The translations under genes were made by a program, and so were the position numbers. Positions 1-12,960 of a stretch of 64,000 bases of DNA are shown piece after piece. Source of the stretch: Ylistrum balloti. Its lineage: Eukaryota. The number at the start of each line of letters is the position of its first letter. Positions within the stretch are counted from its first letter, which is position 1. Location: NCBI RefSeq assembly GCF_031769215.1, contig NW_026782733.1, positions 248,001 through 312,000 on the forward strand. Direction: 5' to 3'. Below the pieces are notes generated by a model. That model saw only the letters and a program-made list of their open reading frames with translations. It was not told where the DNA came from and made no database searches.

Positions 1-1009
1 TAAAACTTTTCTTCGTGGCCATTCCCCATTGGCACATTTATGTCTACATTGACCACAGCGATTCTGCACACTTACCGCCGATCCATTGTTTATAGGAAAT
101 ATCTGATGCGAGGACATTCTAAGTGCTGATTACCTCTCATGCAATTCGAGTCGATGTGTCGTATTCTACTGACATATTTAACTACAAGGTCAGGCGATGG
201 AAACGCAAGTCTCATTACAGCTGTCTATTCAATTAAAGATTTTAACAACATAGCCATAGACCTAGATTTCTTCCCTTACTGGGACTTCCGATAGCTTTAG
301 ATGGCCGTGCCTACTTTAATTGGCGACGTAATGTAATATTTGTTTTAAGAAAAATGACGACTTTTCCAAGAATGACACTGTAATCAAAACTTATTTAATT
401 ATCGTGTGTTGAGGTAAATTGCATGTACATTATGTACATCGTCCAGCAAATTTCTGGAGCTTTGCTACTCCGAACTGACATAAAACAACATGTAGTCATA
501 TTCACAACCATGTAGATTTTCTCCAAATGGCATTTTTTAAAGACACCTTGCATGTTTCCAATACCATTTTTAGATATCATGCATGCTTTCAACTGGAAAT
601 GTGCAATGGAAGTTAGTTTACTAATCGTTGTAAAATATATACAGATGAAATTCAATTATCATCAAATAAAAAATTCTGCCATGGCTTCTGCAAGATAAAA
701 GAGAAAATTCGTTACGAGTTCCATTTATCGGGTATAAAAGAAACATGAATGTAACATTATTTCTATGACAAAATTTGAATACTTTTCCAAGCATGCATGA
801 AAACAGAATTTTTATATAAATACAAAATCTATATGGATCATATTTACATTTTATATCTCTTTCCCGGGTGATTATACTTATAAAACCTTCAAATCACACT
901 GAAAATACGGAAGTTAGATAATAAATGATATTCATCTGGTCTAGTTGTAAACATGCCATGATCATGGCATTACCCAACAAATACAATTGATTTAGAACCT
1001 TACCAAAAC

Positions 1010-1420
1010 TTCTCTTCTGTTGCGTCGTTAACATTTTAGATTGCTAGTGCTAAAGTAAACTTATAGGGAGAAACGAAGATAATTATTGTGTCAATTGTTT
1101 TCCCATTATCACGGTTTTTATACAAGAATTCGGTCGGCTGGCCGACAAACTAGTGACCCAATTTCAAAATATGCAGGTTGATGAAACTTAAGCGGTAGTT
1201 TTACGGTCGCCATAGTGGTTTTATTGAGAAATATTCTATTTCTTTGTGCGAGATGATGCTTGGGGTGTTTGATTCTCCTTAGTTTGCCTATTGGTTCCGT
1301 TGTTTCATAACTTGTTTTCATTTGAGAACGAGACGTTACTTACTTAGATTGACCAAATTTTACAAGGCGCGTGTCGTCGATGAAACAGAATAAGCTTACT
1401 CTTCCAGAACATTTGGTCTT
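1010..1420 (+). mobile_element. Penelope-like (Naiad-type) retroelement 3' fragment: RT C-terminus, 3' UTR and conserved terminal hairpin
   Basis: Frameshifted translation FIQEFGRLADKLVTQ...KR*FYGRH matches the PLE RT C-terminal motif (KLLxQG...KFYGRH). The 3' UTR and the motif GTGTCGTCGATGAA...GCTTACTCTTCC.GAACA are shared with the copies at 12.7 kb and 21.4 kb. Confidence 0.75.
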
Positions 1421-1589
1421 ATTCTCTTTGTTCTTTTTTCCAGTAGTATCCGCATAAAGTTTTATTTTGTTTGGTTTATTGCCATAGTTTAATGAATTTG
1501 AGTTTGGATAACGACCATGTTGATATTTGTTGATTTGTCAGCTGTATCGATCACAAATATGGAGAACAATGTTGTTTCACCAAATTACC

Positions 1590-2430
1590 CATTTGTAGAT
1601 ATTCAGATGACGATCGGCTTCTGAATAAAATCATGAACATTAGTATCAAGTTAATATATGTAAACGGTTATAAAACGCCCCAGCACATTATCACAAAACA
1701 GAATGAGCTATCAGTTGGTGTTCTTGTTTATTTTCATCTACCATAATTGTTCATGCTTGATTTCAACAGTAAATTATCTAATTAAAAAGTAATTCTTTTC
1801 CATGACATGACTCATCTGTGATGCAAGGGGTGTATGTTGAAAATTGGGGTCTACGGGAAACCAAGGAATGATAATAAAATTGACAGAAACTTGGTTTGAA
1901 TTTAGATCGATAGATGGGAAAAGACTCAAACTTTAGTACGATTCCTACATTTTCGTACACATTCAAAATTGGATAAATTTGAAACATATCTCTATTATTT
2001 TGAATATTAATGCAAATTGTGGGGTTAAAAACCAAGCGAGAAACACAATATTTCGAAAAATTCTTAACCCCATTTCAAATTCGATAAAACAATGGCAAAA
2101 TATGAACAAAAGAAAGATTTACATGAATAGCCCTAAAAAAGAACAATACGTATAAAACCAAGTAAATGGGAAGTGTCCATTACTTCGCCGACAGAATCTT
2201 CAATATCGGAACCTCAAATCATACTAGCGAGTATCGAGCACTTCCGACTTCATATCAAACAAGGAGGATTTTCATTTTGCCATTGCTATAACCAAAAACA
2301 TTCCCAATACTTCTTATTAACTTGCATCTCTTAAGGATTTATTTTATCGGTATTCAGGTTGCGCGGTGGTAAAAGACTCTTTAAATTTCCCGCCGAACGG
2401 GTAAAAGTATTTGATCAACTGCCCAACCAC
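1590..2430 (+). mobile_element. Decayed Naiad-type PLE RT fragments (at least two pieces)
   Basis: CRYSDDDRLLN (YxDD) near 1600, MGKDSNF and YLYYFEY near 1915-2010, and NKEDFHFAI...NIPNTSY...RYSGCA near 2260-2370 (compare DKRDDFxFxI...NIP...RYSRAC). Many stops and frameshifts. Confidence 0.5.
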
Positions 2431-2769
2431 TACAATCCTATTTCCGTCCACTGTAAACTCCTTTTTGTATTTTCATACGGACAAACAAAATTATTTATTT
2501 ATTGTAAGGTGATATTATGTGTGTAGTGATCGTTACAAAATGCACTATACTGCAGTGATGTTTTATGGATTTTTTTTTCAAATATAAATTCCAATATTAC
2601 GTAGGCAAAATTGTAATAAACTTGTTTTTAACACAATCATGAATTCAACGAAGTAGGGAACATTTTAAAGATTCAGAATAACATTTGCATGTCCCTTGTT
2701 GCTGTATCAATCGTCTGTAAATAACCAGGGGCATTTTGATGTTGAGTCTTTCTTGTAGTAGCTTGTACT

Positions 2770-3090
2770 TCGATGAAAGTACAATACGTTGGACCTGTCA
2801 TAAGGCATCCACAGCCATTGAGATAGAGTAACTTTTACATGTACGTAACATCAGCAGCAAAGGCTAGTCTGCTTCTCAGCTACCTGAGAAAACGAATCAC
2901 GAAGGATAGACAACGTCGCACCATACATTTCTAATTTCATCAAAGGTTGCGTAGGATAATGGTTTACCTATTAAGCCATCGAGGCTTTGATAAGTAAGGT
3001 CTTTTAAGATTTTAGATGACGTGCCGAAAAATTGTCTTAAATGACTCTCTTATAATATGGAAACAAATCTTATGTCCCGACTTAAATATT
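2770..3090 (+). mobile_element. Non-LTR (CR1/L2-like) RT C-terminal relic
   Basis: VQYVGPVI...AAKASLLLSYLRKRI resembles KYLGVxI...KAxxxLxFLRRN. Heavily degenerate. Confidence 0.35.
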
Positions 3091-4639
3091 GCACACGGGT
3101 AATAAAACAACATTGATGTGAAAATTTGTTCTCAACCATAACAATGTAAAGAACGCAATTTTAGAAATTGTTTTTATTAACCGTCATGGCTCTTTTCTTT
3201 ATAGATACATACTACGCTAATGTTCTTGTTGAGATCTAATTTAACCCTACTTTTTTTGCTACAACGTACAATATTGACCTATTTTTTACAAACTTCCGTT
3301 AAGTACCCAGTATATTTTTTCTTAATGGATTGTTTAATCTTTTTCATCAGTCGTCAAATGGGTTAAGCACCTGCCATGAAAACAGTTTTTCATAGTTTTA
3401 TCCTACCATGTTTATATCAACAACATACTCCAGCAGTACCGATTCCCGGAGTGTTGAGGATTTTTATGGCATAAGGTTTGTTAAATGAGTCCCAAGCGTC
3501 TAACGATACGGGTTGTTCTTTTTAGGCGTAATACTTAGATATATTACTTAGTCGATTAGAAGCAACTTATCACATTACTTGTCGTGTGTTTTGATAGTCC
3601 CCGCAGGAGCTACAGTAAATATACTCTATCGAGGTAAGGTGCGCTTAATATAAAAACAGAACTACATTTACCATAAACGGAATGAACACTTTCTTGGTAT
3701 TCATAGCTAGTTATATGAGTCTAGCCTTTACGACATATACCATAAACCTTTACTATTGTTTGGACATAACATGTGCGTATATCGCTGGTTTATTGGTATG
3801 TAGATGTACCCAAATAGAAACTGCTATAACTCCAGCATGGATATCATAAAAAGTTATTTTCATTTCCTGTCCAAAATCCAAAGGTGGTTGAAATAGATTA
3901 TATATAATTAACATACATTACAGTTTTTACTGTCTTGTCATTGAGTTACCGTGTGTGATTACTAAATAATTAAGCAGGTATTTTTACATTTTCAGGGTAA
4001 GCAGCTTGGTATACCCTGTACTATTATAAATGTTTATTATCAACTATTCTCCAGGCTAAGTACAATCGCTCGCAATCTCACAGATATCACACAAATCTTA
4101 AACATGCTGGTGCATGGAATTGATCCATACTAATACAAACCGACGGAAGCTCAATACCCCACAGTAACCTCAGCTGTGCCTATTTCGTAAAATAAAAAAG
4201 TACTGATTAAATGATCGGTAAGCTTTTTATGATTGTTTTTCTCAAATATTTATCTAGTTCTGTTCTATAACAGGACACGCGGATGCTATATTAAGCTGTC
4301 TTTAGAACATACGCACTGCATTAAGATCTTATTTTAGATCTACCAATTACCCTTTGGTTTTGTAGTTAGCCAATTTATTTTGTGCTATGGACACTGGGAA
4401 CCAAAGTAGTTTGAAATTAACGAGGACTGTGGACGCATCATTTAAAACTGGTTTCTTAAATGCTCCGTTTGATTTTGGAATGCAGTAAAATCGAAAACAA
4501 ACCTCACATTATGTCAAGGTATCAGGGCGAAATAACAACTCATGAATTGTAAACACTACGAGTAAACACGACATAAACTACCTACAGCAAAATTCAAACC
4601 ATTTTCGTTTTTGTAAACCCTATTTGAAACAAAACAGTG

Positions 4640-5400
4640 ATATAAATTTAGCTTCGTATAAAAATAGAAACAAGTCAGCCAACAGGGGGGAAAGTTAGTT
4701 CCCATCGGTATGTGAATTGTCTTTTGGAAGAAATTCCCACCAAACTCGACGAATATGTTGTCAACTAAAAACTCAGTAATAATACCGCCGTTCATCTTTC
4801 TTGGAAAGGAAAACACTGAAAACAAGAGAACAAAGGCATTCTTTTAGTTTAGAATGGGTTGTGGTGGTGTGCAAAGTGAACAAATCAAATGTTCTTATAT
4901 GATAATTTTTCAGTAGAATGTTCTGGAAATTCGTCAAAAGCTATCTTGAGTTGTTAAAAATCCACATATTATCAATTCCATTTCTTGAGTAAACACTATC
5001 ACAATAAATCGGTTACCAAAGTTTGATTGAATGATAGTAAGCCGTTTGAACAAAGCTTTGGTTGAACAGCTAGACGAGCCAGCTATAGAACGCTTTTTAT
5101 ATGGATTCTTGTGTGCGTTAAGAAATATAATGTAAACGGTGGAGGTCCGTATCCATCTCGTTAATAGGCAAACCCAATTATTGTAACACTGAAGCATGGG
5201 TAGCCAGTATTTCTTCGATGGAAAAGTGCATAACGTGTAGGTTGGGTATTCTTCGTTATCAAGCAAACCTAGTTCATTTTATATAGAGGAAATGTAATGA
5301 TGTCTGCAGTCAAGTTATCGAACGCCTTATCTCATGCACAATTAAATATTTGTCCTGGAAATCTTGATGTGTGGATTTCACGTCACATCGATGAATATTA
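4640..5400 (-). mobile_element. Naiad-type Penelope-like retroelement, RT core pseudogene
   Basis: Across frames: FQDKYLIV..DKAFDN, ELGLLDNEEYPTYTL, HKNPYKKRSIAGSSSCSTKAL, EFLVDNIFVEFGGNFFQKTIHIPMGTN, FLFLYEAKFI. These motifs are colinear with PLE RT (track ORFs 4934-5266 and 4556-4825). Confidence 0.85.
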
Positions 5401-6393
5401 ACCTGTGTTATTTTATGGGTAGTGACAGTGACATTGGTCTTGCCTTCATATCAGTTATTTTATGGGTACTTTCCTGTTCTTGTCATGGTATAAAAATCTA
5501 CAAAAATGTTTTTTATCAGCAAAATTTTCTTTTTATATACCACGATGTATGAGACAATAAGATTTTCAATGTGGCATTTTCTCACATTTTACGAAAAATG
5601 TTAACATAAATGTTATGCCGAAGAGATGATATATCACAGCATGCATGTTTGAACGATGCCATGCTGGTCACTTTATTTTGATGCATCACTGTCTGCAACA
5701 TCGTGTTGATTGTATACAATCTGTATATCAAATAGGTTTCATGTCTGATTAAAGTCTAATTTAGGTCACCATGAGTATAACATATCTCTGCCATGTTTGA
5801 GTCTTAATTAACATATACGATATTCGAGTCAATTATTATCAATCATTTGCTGATAAAAAGGGTAAATGGAAACGGTTAATGGTAACTTAAACATGAGGGA
5901 GGGCAGCAGGGACTTATTAACGTCAGAGTTCGTTGACAAAATCGTTTTGTATCTAAACATCACTTTGATGTACCAAATTTGATTAGAATTTCAATGGCTC
6001 TGCCATGTGTCTTAAATTCTGTCTGTATGTGCAGAATGCCTTTCAAAGTATAACATGAAATGCCGGTGAAATTGTTATTTTGCATCAATCTGAATCTGTA
6101 AATAATACAGTTAGTCTGATTTCGTTGCTATTGCATTAATTTGAAATCACTCTTTTTTAGCTAATTAAACATGGTACAGATAGTAGATGCTACATGAGCC
6201 ATCCAGCATCACATCGCCATCCAAGGTCGATACCAGAATTCAATAAGAAATACAAACCAAGTAAAAAGCGGAACAAATATCAAAGACGAAAATTGAAAAA
6301 AAAAATACCAAAAAACAAAAACAAAAAGAAAAACAACATGGGAACCAACGGGAAACAGCAATAACAAAAATAAGTATCAGAATCATCGCAAAA

Positions 6394-7726
6394 GCAGCAT
6401 CAGGTGGTTATATAATAGTTACAACTGTATGTAACACAGCAGAAAGTGGTTATATATTTGGTAATAGTTACAACTGTATGTAACACAGCAGAAAGTGGTT
6501 ATATATTTGGTAATAGTTACAACTGTATGTAACACAGCAGAAAGTGGTTATATATTTGGTAATAGTTTAATAGTTACAACTGTATGTACCACAGCAGAAA
6601 GTGATTATATATTTGGTAATAGTTTAATAGTTACAACTGTATGTACCACAGCAGAAAGTGATTATATATTTGGTAATAGTTACAACTGTATGTAACACAG
6701 CATCAGGTGGTTGTATATCTGGTAATAGTTTAATAGTTACAACTGTATGTACCACAGCAGAAAGTGGTTATATATTTGGTAATAGTTACAACTGTATGTA
6801 ACACAGCAGAAAGTGGTTATATATTTGGTAATAGTTTAATAGTTACAACTGTATGTAACACAGCAGAAAGTGGTTATATATTTGGTAATAGTTACAACTG
6901 TATGTACCACAGCAGAAAGTGATTATATATTTGGTAATAGTTACAACTGTATGTAACACAGCAGAAAGTGGTTATATATTTGGTAATAGTTATAACTGTA
7001 TGTAACACAGCAGAAAGTGGTTGTATATTTGGTAATAGTTACAACTGTATGTAACACAGCAGAAAGTGATTATATATTTGGTAATAGTTTAATAGTTACA
7101 ACTGTATGTAACACAGCAGAAAGTGATTATATATTTGGTAATAGTATAATAGTTACAACTGTATGTAACACAGCAGAAAGTGGTTATATATTTGGTAATA
7201 GTTACAACTGTATGTAACACAGCAGAAAGTGGTTATATATTTGGTAATAGTTACAACTGTATGTAACACAGCAGAAAGTGGTTACATATTTTGTAATAGT
7301 TTGATAGTTACAACTGTATGTAACACACCAGAAAGTGGTTATATATTTGGTAATAGTTACAACTGTATGTACCACACCAGAAAGTGGTTATATATTTGGT
7401 AATAGTTACAACTGTATGTACCACAGCAGAAAGTGATTATATATTTGGTAATAGTTACAACTGTATGTACCACAGCAGAAAGTGATTATATATTTGGTAA
7501 TAGTTTAATAGTTACAACTGTATGTAACACAGCAGAAAGTGATTATATATTTGGTAATAGTTACAACTGTATGTACCACAGCAGAAAGTGGTTATATATT
7601 TGGTAATAGTTACAACTGTATGTACCACAGCAGAAAGTGTTTATATATTTGGTAATAGTTACAACTGTATGTACCACAGCAGAAAGTGGTTATATATTTG
7701 GTAATAGTTACAACTGTATGTACCAC
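6394..7726. repeat. Minisatellite, ~26 units of 49 bp with 57-bp variants
   Basis: Unit GCAGAAAGTGGTTATATATTTGGTAATAGTTACAACTGTATGTAACACA. About 8 units carry an 8-bp duplication (TAATAGTT). Confidence 0.97.
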
Positions 7727-8939
7727 GGCTCAATTCTAGCAAAATATGGTTGTGAATATTTCAATTTTTCGTTTCTTGCCATTTTTAGAGTATCTGAAGC
7801 TTGGGTCGTTCCTAAACTTATGCTTTTCTCTAAAATTCATAACATTCAATTTGGATATCAATTACTCGCCATGTGTTGCATTCTGTTATCAATAACCATC
7901 GTAGATATATGTTTGGCCTGCAAACAAATTATATTTATTGTTCATCTCTCGTACCACTATATACATCCAGAAAGCATGCTGTAGTAAGAATACCATGAAT
8001 TATACACGAGTTTATCGTACACATCAGTTGAACGCCAATGATTCTTTCTACAGATAACCTACATGCGATCAATGATCTTAACTGTACATTACATAAGAAA
8101 AATATTTGGTATAACGGCGACAAATAACTCCAAAAACAACACGCAATCTAGAAATTAGACTTGAAATGAAGTTTTGTTACAAAGGATTAGGTGTTTTGGT
8201 CGAAAACCGTCTCCATGTCCGCGTAATTGTTTTTTATTTCGACGCCATTTCTTTGTTAATTTCTGTCAATGGTTTCCAATGCTCTGATGAAGAACACATA
8301 TAATTAATCAATATGAAAACTAAATTTTGACTAAACTGGTGATTTTGAGAGGAAAACACACAAGTATTTACCTATGGCGATACTCATAAGTGGGACGTCA
8401 AATTCTAATCAAAAATGTATTGTATCAGTATCGAAGTGACTCCGAGAGCATATACATGATAGGTGGTTAGTTTACAATGTCAATCGGAAATAGTGCTGTT
8501 GGATTATAAGCAAAAGCGATTTGTGACGGTGGTGAGTCAGCGAAACACAATTTCACTAACACTTCTGATACAACAAAGAACATGTCACTGTTGTCTGCTA
8601 TTTAATTCACCATTCAGAATATCATTTTCGGCATCAAAGCCAAAGACACGTCTAATTGAAATGCATTCTCTAATCATGAGTCGAACACAGCATGTGTAAG
8701 CAGACGACGTTTAGGTCTGATGGTTAACTCGTTGTCAATTTTTGTGTAAGTTGTAAGATATCTAAAAAATATGATTCATAGGATCTTTCCCTTACTTGTG
8801 GGTAGGACGAAAAAAACAGGTTTTGCTGACTGTAAGACCGTCATGAATCTCCTTGATAGTAAAGATTTTTCTGTCCCACCTTCAAACTAGGGCATGATAA
8901 TTTGTCTTCCCTTATCTGCAACATGCTAGAAATAGAATA

Positions 8940-9450
8940 ACGAGACAAATACACGCTGATAAATATGGTAGCAAGAGCGTTTAATTATACTTTTATCTCT
9001 TGGTAATCTACATCATACCTTGTAAAAAGATAATAGTAATGATAAATAATTATCATAATACATTTAAAACTGCCTTCACCGGAAGCATGGATATTTCAGT
9101 CCGAAGGGGTATAAGTTGTAATTGTTTTGTTAACATCATTGAATGACAGCGATCCACACACTAGGTGCATGTTTAAAAAGGTACAAATGTAAGTTCCATT
9201 CATACAAACAAGGAGTTCCGACAAACCGTCGCCAGATGACGTGTTAGCACTGACTCCTTCAATCATTATTAAGCAGTCGGAGCTATTGTTTATTTTTTCA
9301 TCAAGAAAAAACAATCAGAAAGCTTCATTTCGCGTGCAAACAATGACAATAAATAATTTAGATACATGTATTAAGAATCTTTTCTGACACTTCCATATAA
9401 TGATTAATGAACTTTCTCTACCAAAGAAAACTCTAAACCAACTATCCTTT
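8940..9450 (+). mobile_element. Possible RTE-like LINE RT relic
   Basis: Scattered colinear echoes of RT motifs: FKTAF, HTNKEFRQ (xxKGxRQG), ESFLTL...KENSKP. Many disruptions. Confidence 0.25.
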
Positions 9451-10049
9451 GAACAGCATGACTTGATACTATTTCGACGTCTATCAACCTGTTTCATACA
9501 GAAATGATGGCTACTTTCCCTAAACAGAGAACACTTCTTTTGTATTAATAACATTTTATGTATCATCTTAATCGATTGCAGTGTGACATTTTCTTCTGTT
9601 TCTCGTCTTTGTATGAATTCGATTGTTTTGATGTCACCAATTAGTCATGCACCAATGTGTCGTTATATGCATTGCAGAGTTCCTTTGGAACGCCGAAAAA
9701 ATAAACAAAGGAGATATATAGTTCGTTTATCTTTATAAATGTCCAAACAGACGTATCCATACGCGAATAAAGGAACATAAATCTAAAGACATAAAAAGAG
9801 ACCGACCATCAATCATAATTCGAAACCAATGACATAAATTTCTGACGTACATCATTTCTTCTATAATCCTATTGTGTTAAAAATAGGACCCTGAAGATCA
9901 GCAACAGCTCTTATCGATCCTGCATAACTTAAAGCAAATGCCATTCAACATTACGCAGGTGGTAAGTTGTCAGTGCATAAACTGCACACATTCGGGTTGT
10001 TTTCTCTGTATATCAATAAACCTTATACAGATATACCACTTAAACGTTT

Positions 10050-11330
10050 AGAAATTTTCGCTCATTGACGAACCGTAACAGCGATGTTGCATGCACTGTA
10101 AATTGTCCATACCGGGTAGAGTTCTGATTTGTCTTAATGCATTGATCCCTACGATAAATAACAAACACACATCCATTGTACTGTACTTTACTGTCATATA
10201 CCATATACTATTTTCCAATAATTGAATTAAAGAGTTGATGTCTTTTGACAATATGTAAAAATCTAATCGCGTAGACAAAAAGCGCACCATAAAACCGTTT
10301 TGATTTTTGTTATCTTTACATGTTCGGATCTGTTAAAAATCTGTTTAAAAGGGCATCATACCATTAAAAATGTCTAATTTCTACGCTATGTATACTTTTA
10401 TTAGATTCAATCTTATCCAGAACAATAATCACACCCACAGAAGATTTAGTCCTATGAGGTGCTATAATACGAACCGTTTCAGCACTAGTGGAATTTGAAA
10501 TTGTGTTCAAATACATAAAAATAGCAATCAATATCTCTTTAAATCCCCTCTTCCAAAAATATCCGAAGCCCTTCGACGTTTAGAAGAGACGAGAAAAAGA
10601 TCTTCAGATATGATAAAGATTTTAAAAAACCGATGAAGCATTGAAGGAAACTAACTATAAATGTTATCAATGTTCAATGCTTATGCTTTATTTTAGAATA
10701 ATAAATATTAAAATCAAATAGCGCCCTTTCTATAGAGACAAGAGACTAAAAAAGGAGAACTCGGAGAGCATTAATTTTTCAATGTGTTTTCCTTATACAA
10801 AATGACATTCAAGAAAACAACAACTTAATACCTTGCCAAGCGTTGCGTTATATTTCCAAGATGTCCGCACAGAAGAGATCTTAAAAAGATTATTGGACAA
10901 ATAAAGAAAATAAAAATCAGATTTGTGCAATTGTTGGATATCTATACTATTCTGGAAAACGTTACTTTGTCACACCTCAGTGGGATCGACTGGAAAAAGT
11001 TAGAGAGGTGATCTCTGAACATAAATGTTTATAATTGACGGCCGAATGGAAAAGCAATCGTTATGCCATGATGGACGTGTAAGCAGGAAACACACTCAAA
11101 CATTTCAAGTTTCTAAATTTCCCAACAACTTTTGAAATCACGAAAATGTCAGTGTTGTTACAGATTATTTTGTTAAACATTGAAAACTTAACCTTTGGAT
11201 GGTGAACAAAATTGTTAGTGTTTTTGGGTGATTCTTTGTATATTCTCATTTCAAAAGATTCTTTACACAATTCACACATTAAAAATTGTATCAACATATC
11301 ATTATAAACAGTACTTGTTGTAACCATGGC
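10050..11330 (-). mobile_element. 5' part of a Naiad-type PLE ORF (N-terminus, degenerate GIY-YIG region and linker)
   Basis: ORF 11061-11327 (DMLIQFLMCELCKESFEMRIYKESPKNTNNFVHHPKVKFSMFNKII...SKVVGKFRNLKCL) resembles the Cys-containing N-terminus I recall for bivalve Naiad ORFs. Downstream relics are SSKRRR..FWKR and GINALRQIRTLP. Recognition is from memory. Confidence 0.55.
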
Positions 11331-11468
11331 ATCAACTCAAAGCACTTTAGTGGTGCGTTGTCTTTAACTATTCATTCTGCAATCTGTATCGTATAGATGA
11401 CATGCATTCCAGCGTTGCCTTGATCTCTGGAAATTGTCCCTTCTACTTTAGTAAATGCAACACACGAA

Positions 11469-11533
11469 GACGTTGCGATATTACACGGAAATAGTTATAT
11501 TTCGTCCTTGCAATGACACATGAAGCTGGCGTC
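11469..11533 (-). ncRNA. Degenerate type-I hammerhead ribozyme fold (probably inactive)
   Basis: Minus strand parses as GACG-CCA-GC [TTCATGT] GTC-ATTGCAAG-GAC [GAAA] TATAAC-TATTTCCGT-GTAATA [TC] GC-AA-CGTC. All three stems and GAAA/UH are in register, but 3 of 7 core CUGANGA positions are mutated. Confidence 0.4.
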
Positions 11534-11899
11534 CACATCTGCGTTTCTCCGTGACACACTTCAGATACCAACACAGAAATATTATACATGTAGATGAGTC
11601 ATGGTAACATGGCGAACTATCAACACAAACAGAAGCTGATCATCAAAGAGTAATCATTACCAATTTTCTCGTATTCATCCCTGTCATAGGATATCACTCA
11701 TCACCTAGCACAAACAGTGATTATTGGAAAAGGACAAATATTTTTTTATTTAACGAAAAGCTCTGAAACTACAAAAACGTAAAGGCATTTACGAGTAACG
11801 GTATGGACCTATTCTATAAAGGATATTGCCCCTTCATATCAGAGCAAACTACCAGAGTCAGAAGTTTGATGTTGCAAGTTATTAAATCTAATGTGTAAT

Positions 11900-12056
11900 A
11901 AAGTTGTAGAAATTTCAGAAAGATTGCGGTCTCCTTGTTGAATAATCTTGCCGACTTGCTTGCCAGACAGCCAACTGATGGGCGCATTTAGATCCCATAG
12001 AAATGTCAATAGTCTGTTGGAAGATCTTACCACCTAACTCGATGAAGATGTTTTGT
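11900..12056 (-). mobile_element. Naiad-type PLE RT core fragment
   Basis: Frame not in the ORF track reads NIFIELGGKIFQQTIDISMGSKCAHQLA (compare NIFVxFGGxVFQQTxGIPMGTNCAPLLA). Confidence 0.85.
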
Positions 12057-12686
12057 TAATTGTTATGATTTCGTCCTCCGTATATTCCTTCTTTGATTTG
12101 GAAGTTTGATTGGTTTTTTTTTTTTTTTTTTTTGTTAATTTTTTTGTTAACGAAATTACACTTCATTATAGTGCACAACCATATATATATATACTGCTGT
12201 TCACACTTTTTTGAAAAGAAAGCTCACATAACAAGGAAACTAAGGGTTTCCTTCAGTTTAGAATGGTAAAAATGGTTCTTTTCTGACACATTGAACCCGT
12301 TGTATTCCTTCGGTACAAAGTCAGCGACCATCTATCATTTCAAATACAAACGTTACCGCTGGTCCAATACAATAGTATGTAAATTGAAACTCGTCTTCGA
12401 TTTCTCTAGCTCTTTAATAACCCCCTTACAAGTATATATACATACAGTTTATGGAGGCCTGTTGAGTAGATATCGGAAATAATTTGCTCTAATCAATGCA
12501 GATTTGCTACCGAATTAACTACTACAACCTGAACATATCTTATTATGGTAAAAACGGATATAAAGTCATCAACACAACAGACGACATGATAAGGAAAATG
12601 CTTACATTTAAATCTAACATTCGATTAGAGTATGGCAAAGAATAACAAAAGTATAATATACATGGAGACTCATGAAAAAAGAACAT

Positions 12687-12960
12687 GACCAGATGTTCCG
12701 GAAGAGTATGAGTCTTCTGCTTCATCGACGACACCCGCAATGTAAATCTTGGTCAATGCAACAAGCAATGTCGTGTTCTCAAACCAAGGCATACACATGG
12801 GCATCAAACACGTCGAGCTTCCTATTTAACAAAGAAGGAAGATGTTTACCAATGAGATCATTTTGACAACCGTAAAGCTTCCCCATAATCTTTATCGACC
12901 TGCATCTCTGGAAACTTCGTGTTTTCAATCAAATGCGACATTTAAACTGCAGGTTGTGGT
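12687..12960 (-). mobile_element. Naiad-type PLE 3' end with terminal hairpin
   Basis: KTRSFQRCRSIKIMGKLYGCQNDLIGKH, followed by a 3' UTR and GGTGTCGTCGATGAAGCAG...ACTCTTCCGGAACATCTGGTC homologous to the 1.4 kb and 21.4 kb copies. Confidence 0.75.

Noticed and set aside
1-330. Sequence resembling a dispersed bivalve repeat, possibly a PLE 3' region (ILSADYLSCNSSRCVVFY)
   Set aside because: Familiar-looking but truncated by the window edge. I cannot assign a family from the sequence alone.
2390-2810. Pif1/Helitron helicase-like words on the minus strand (LMTGPT, PFGG, LLPP)
   Set aside because: Motif spacing is wrong, and the plus strand gives better colinear matches to PLE RT and LINE RT.
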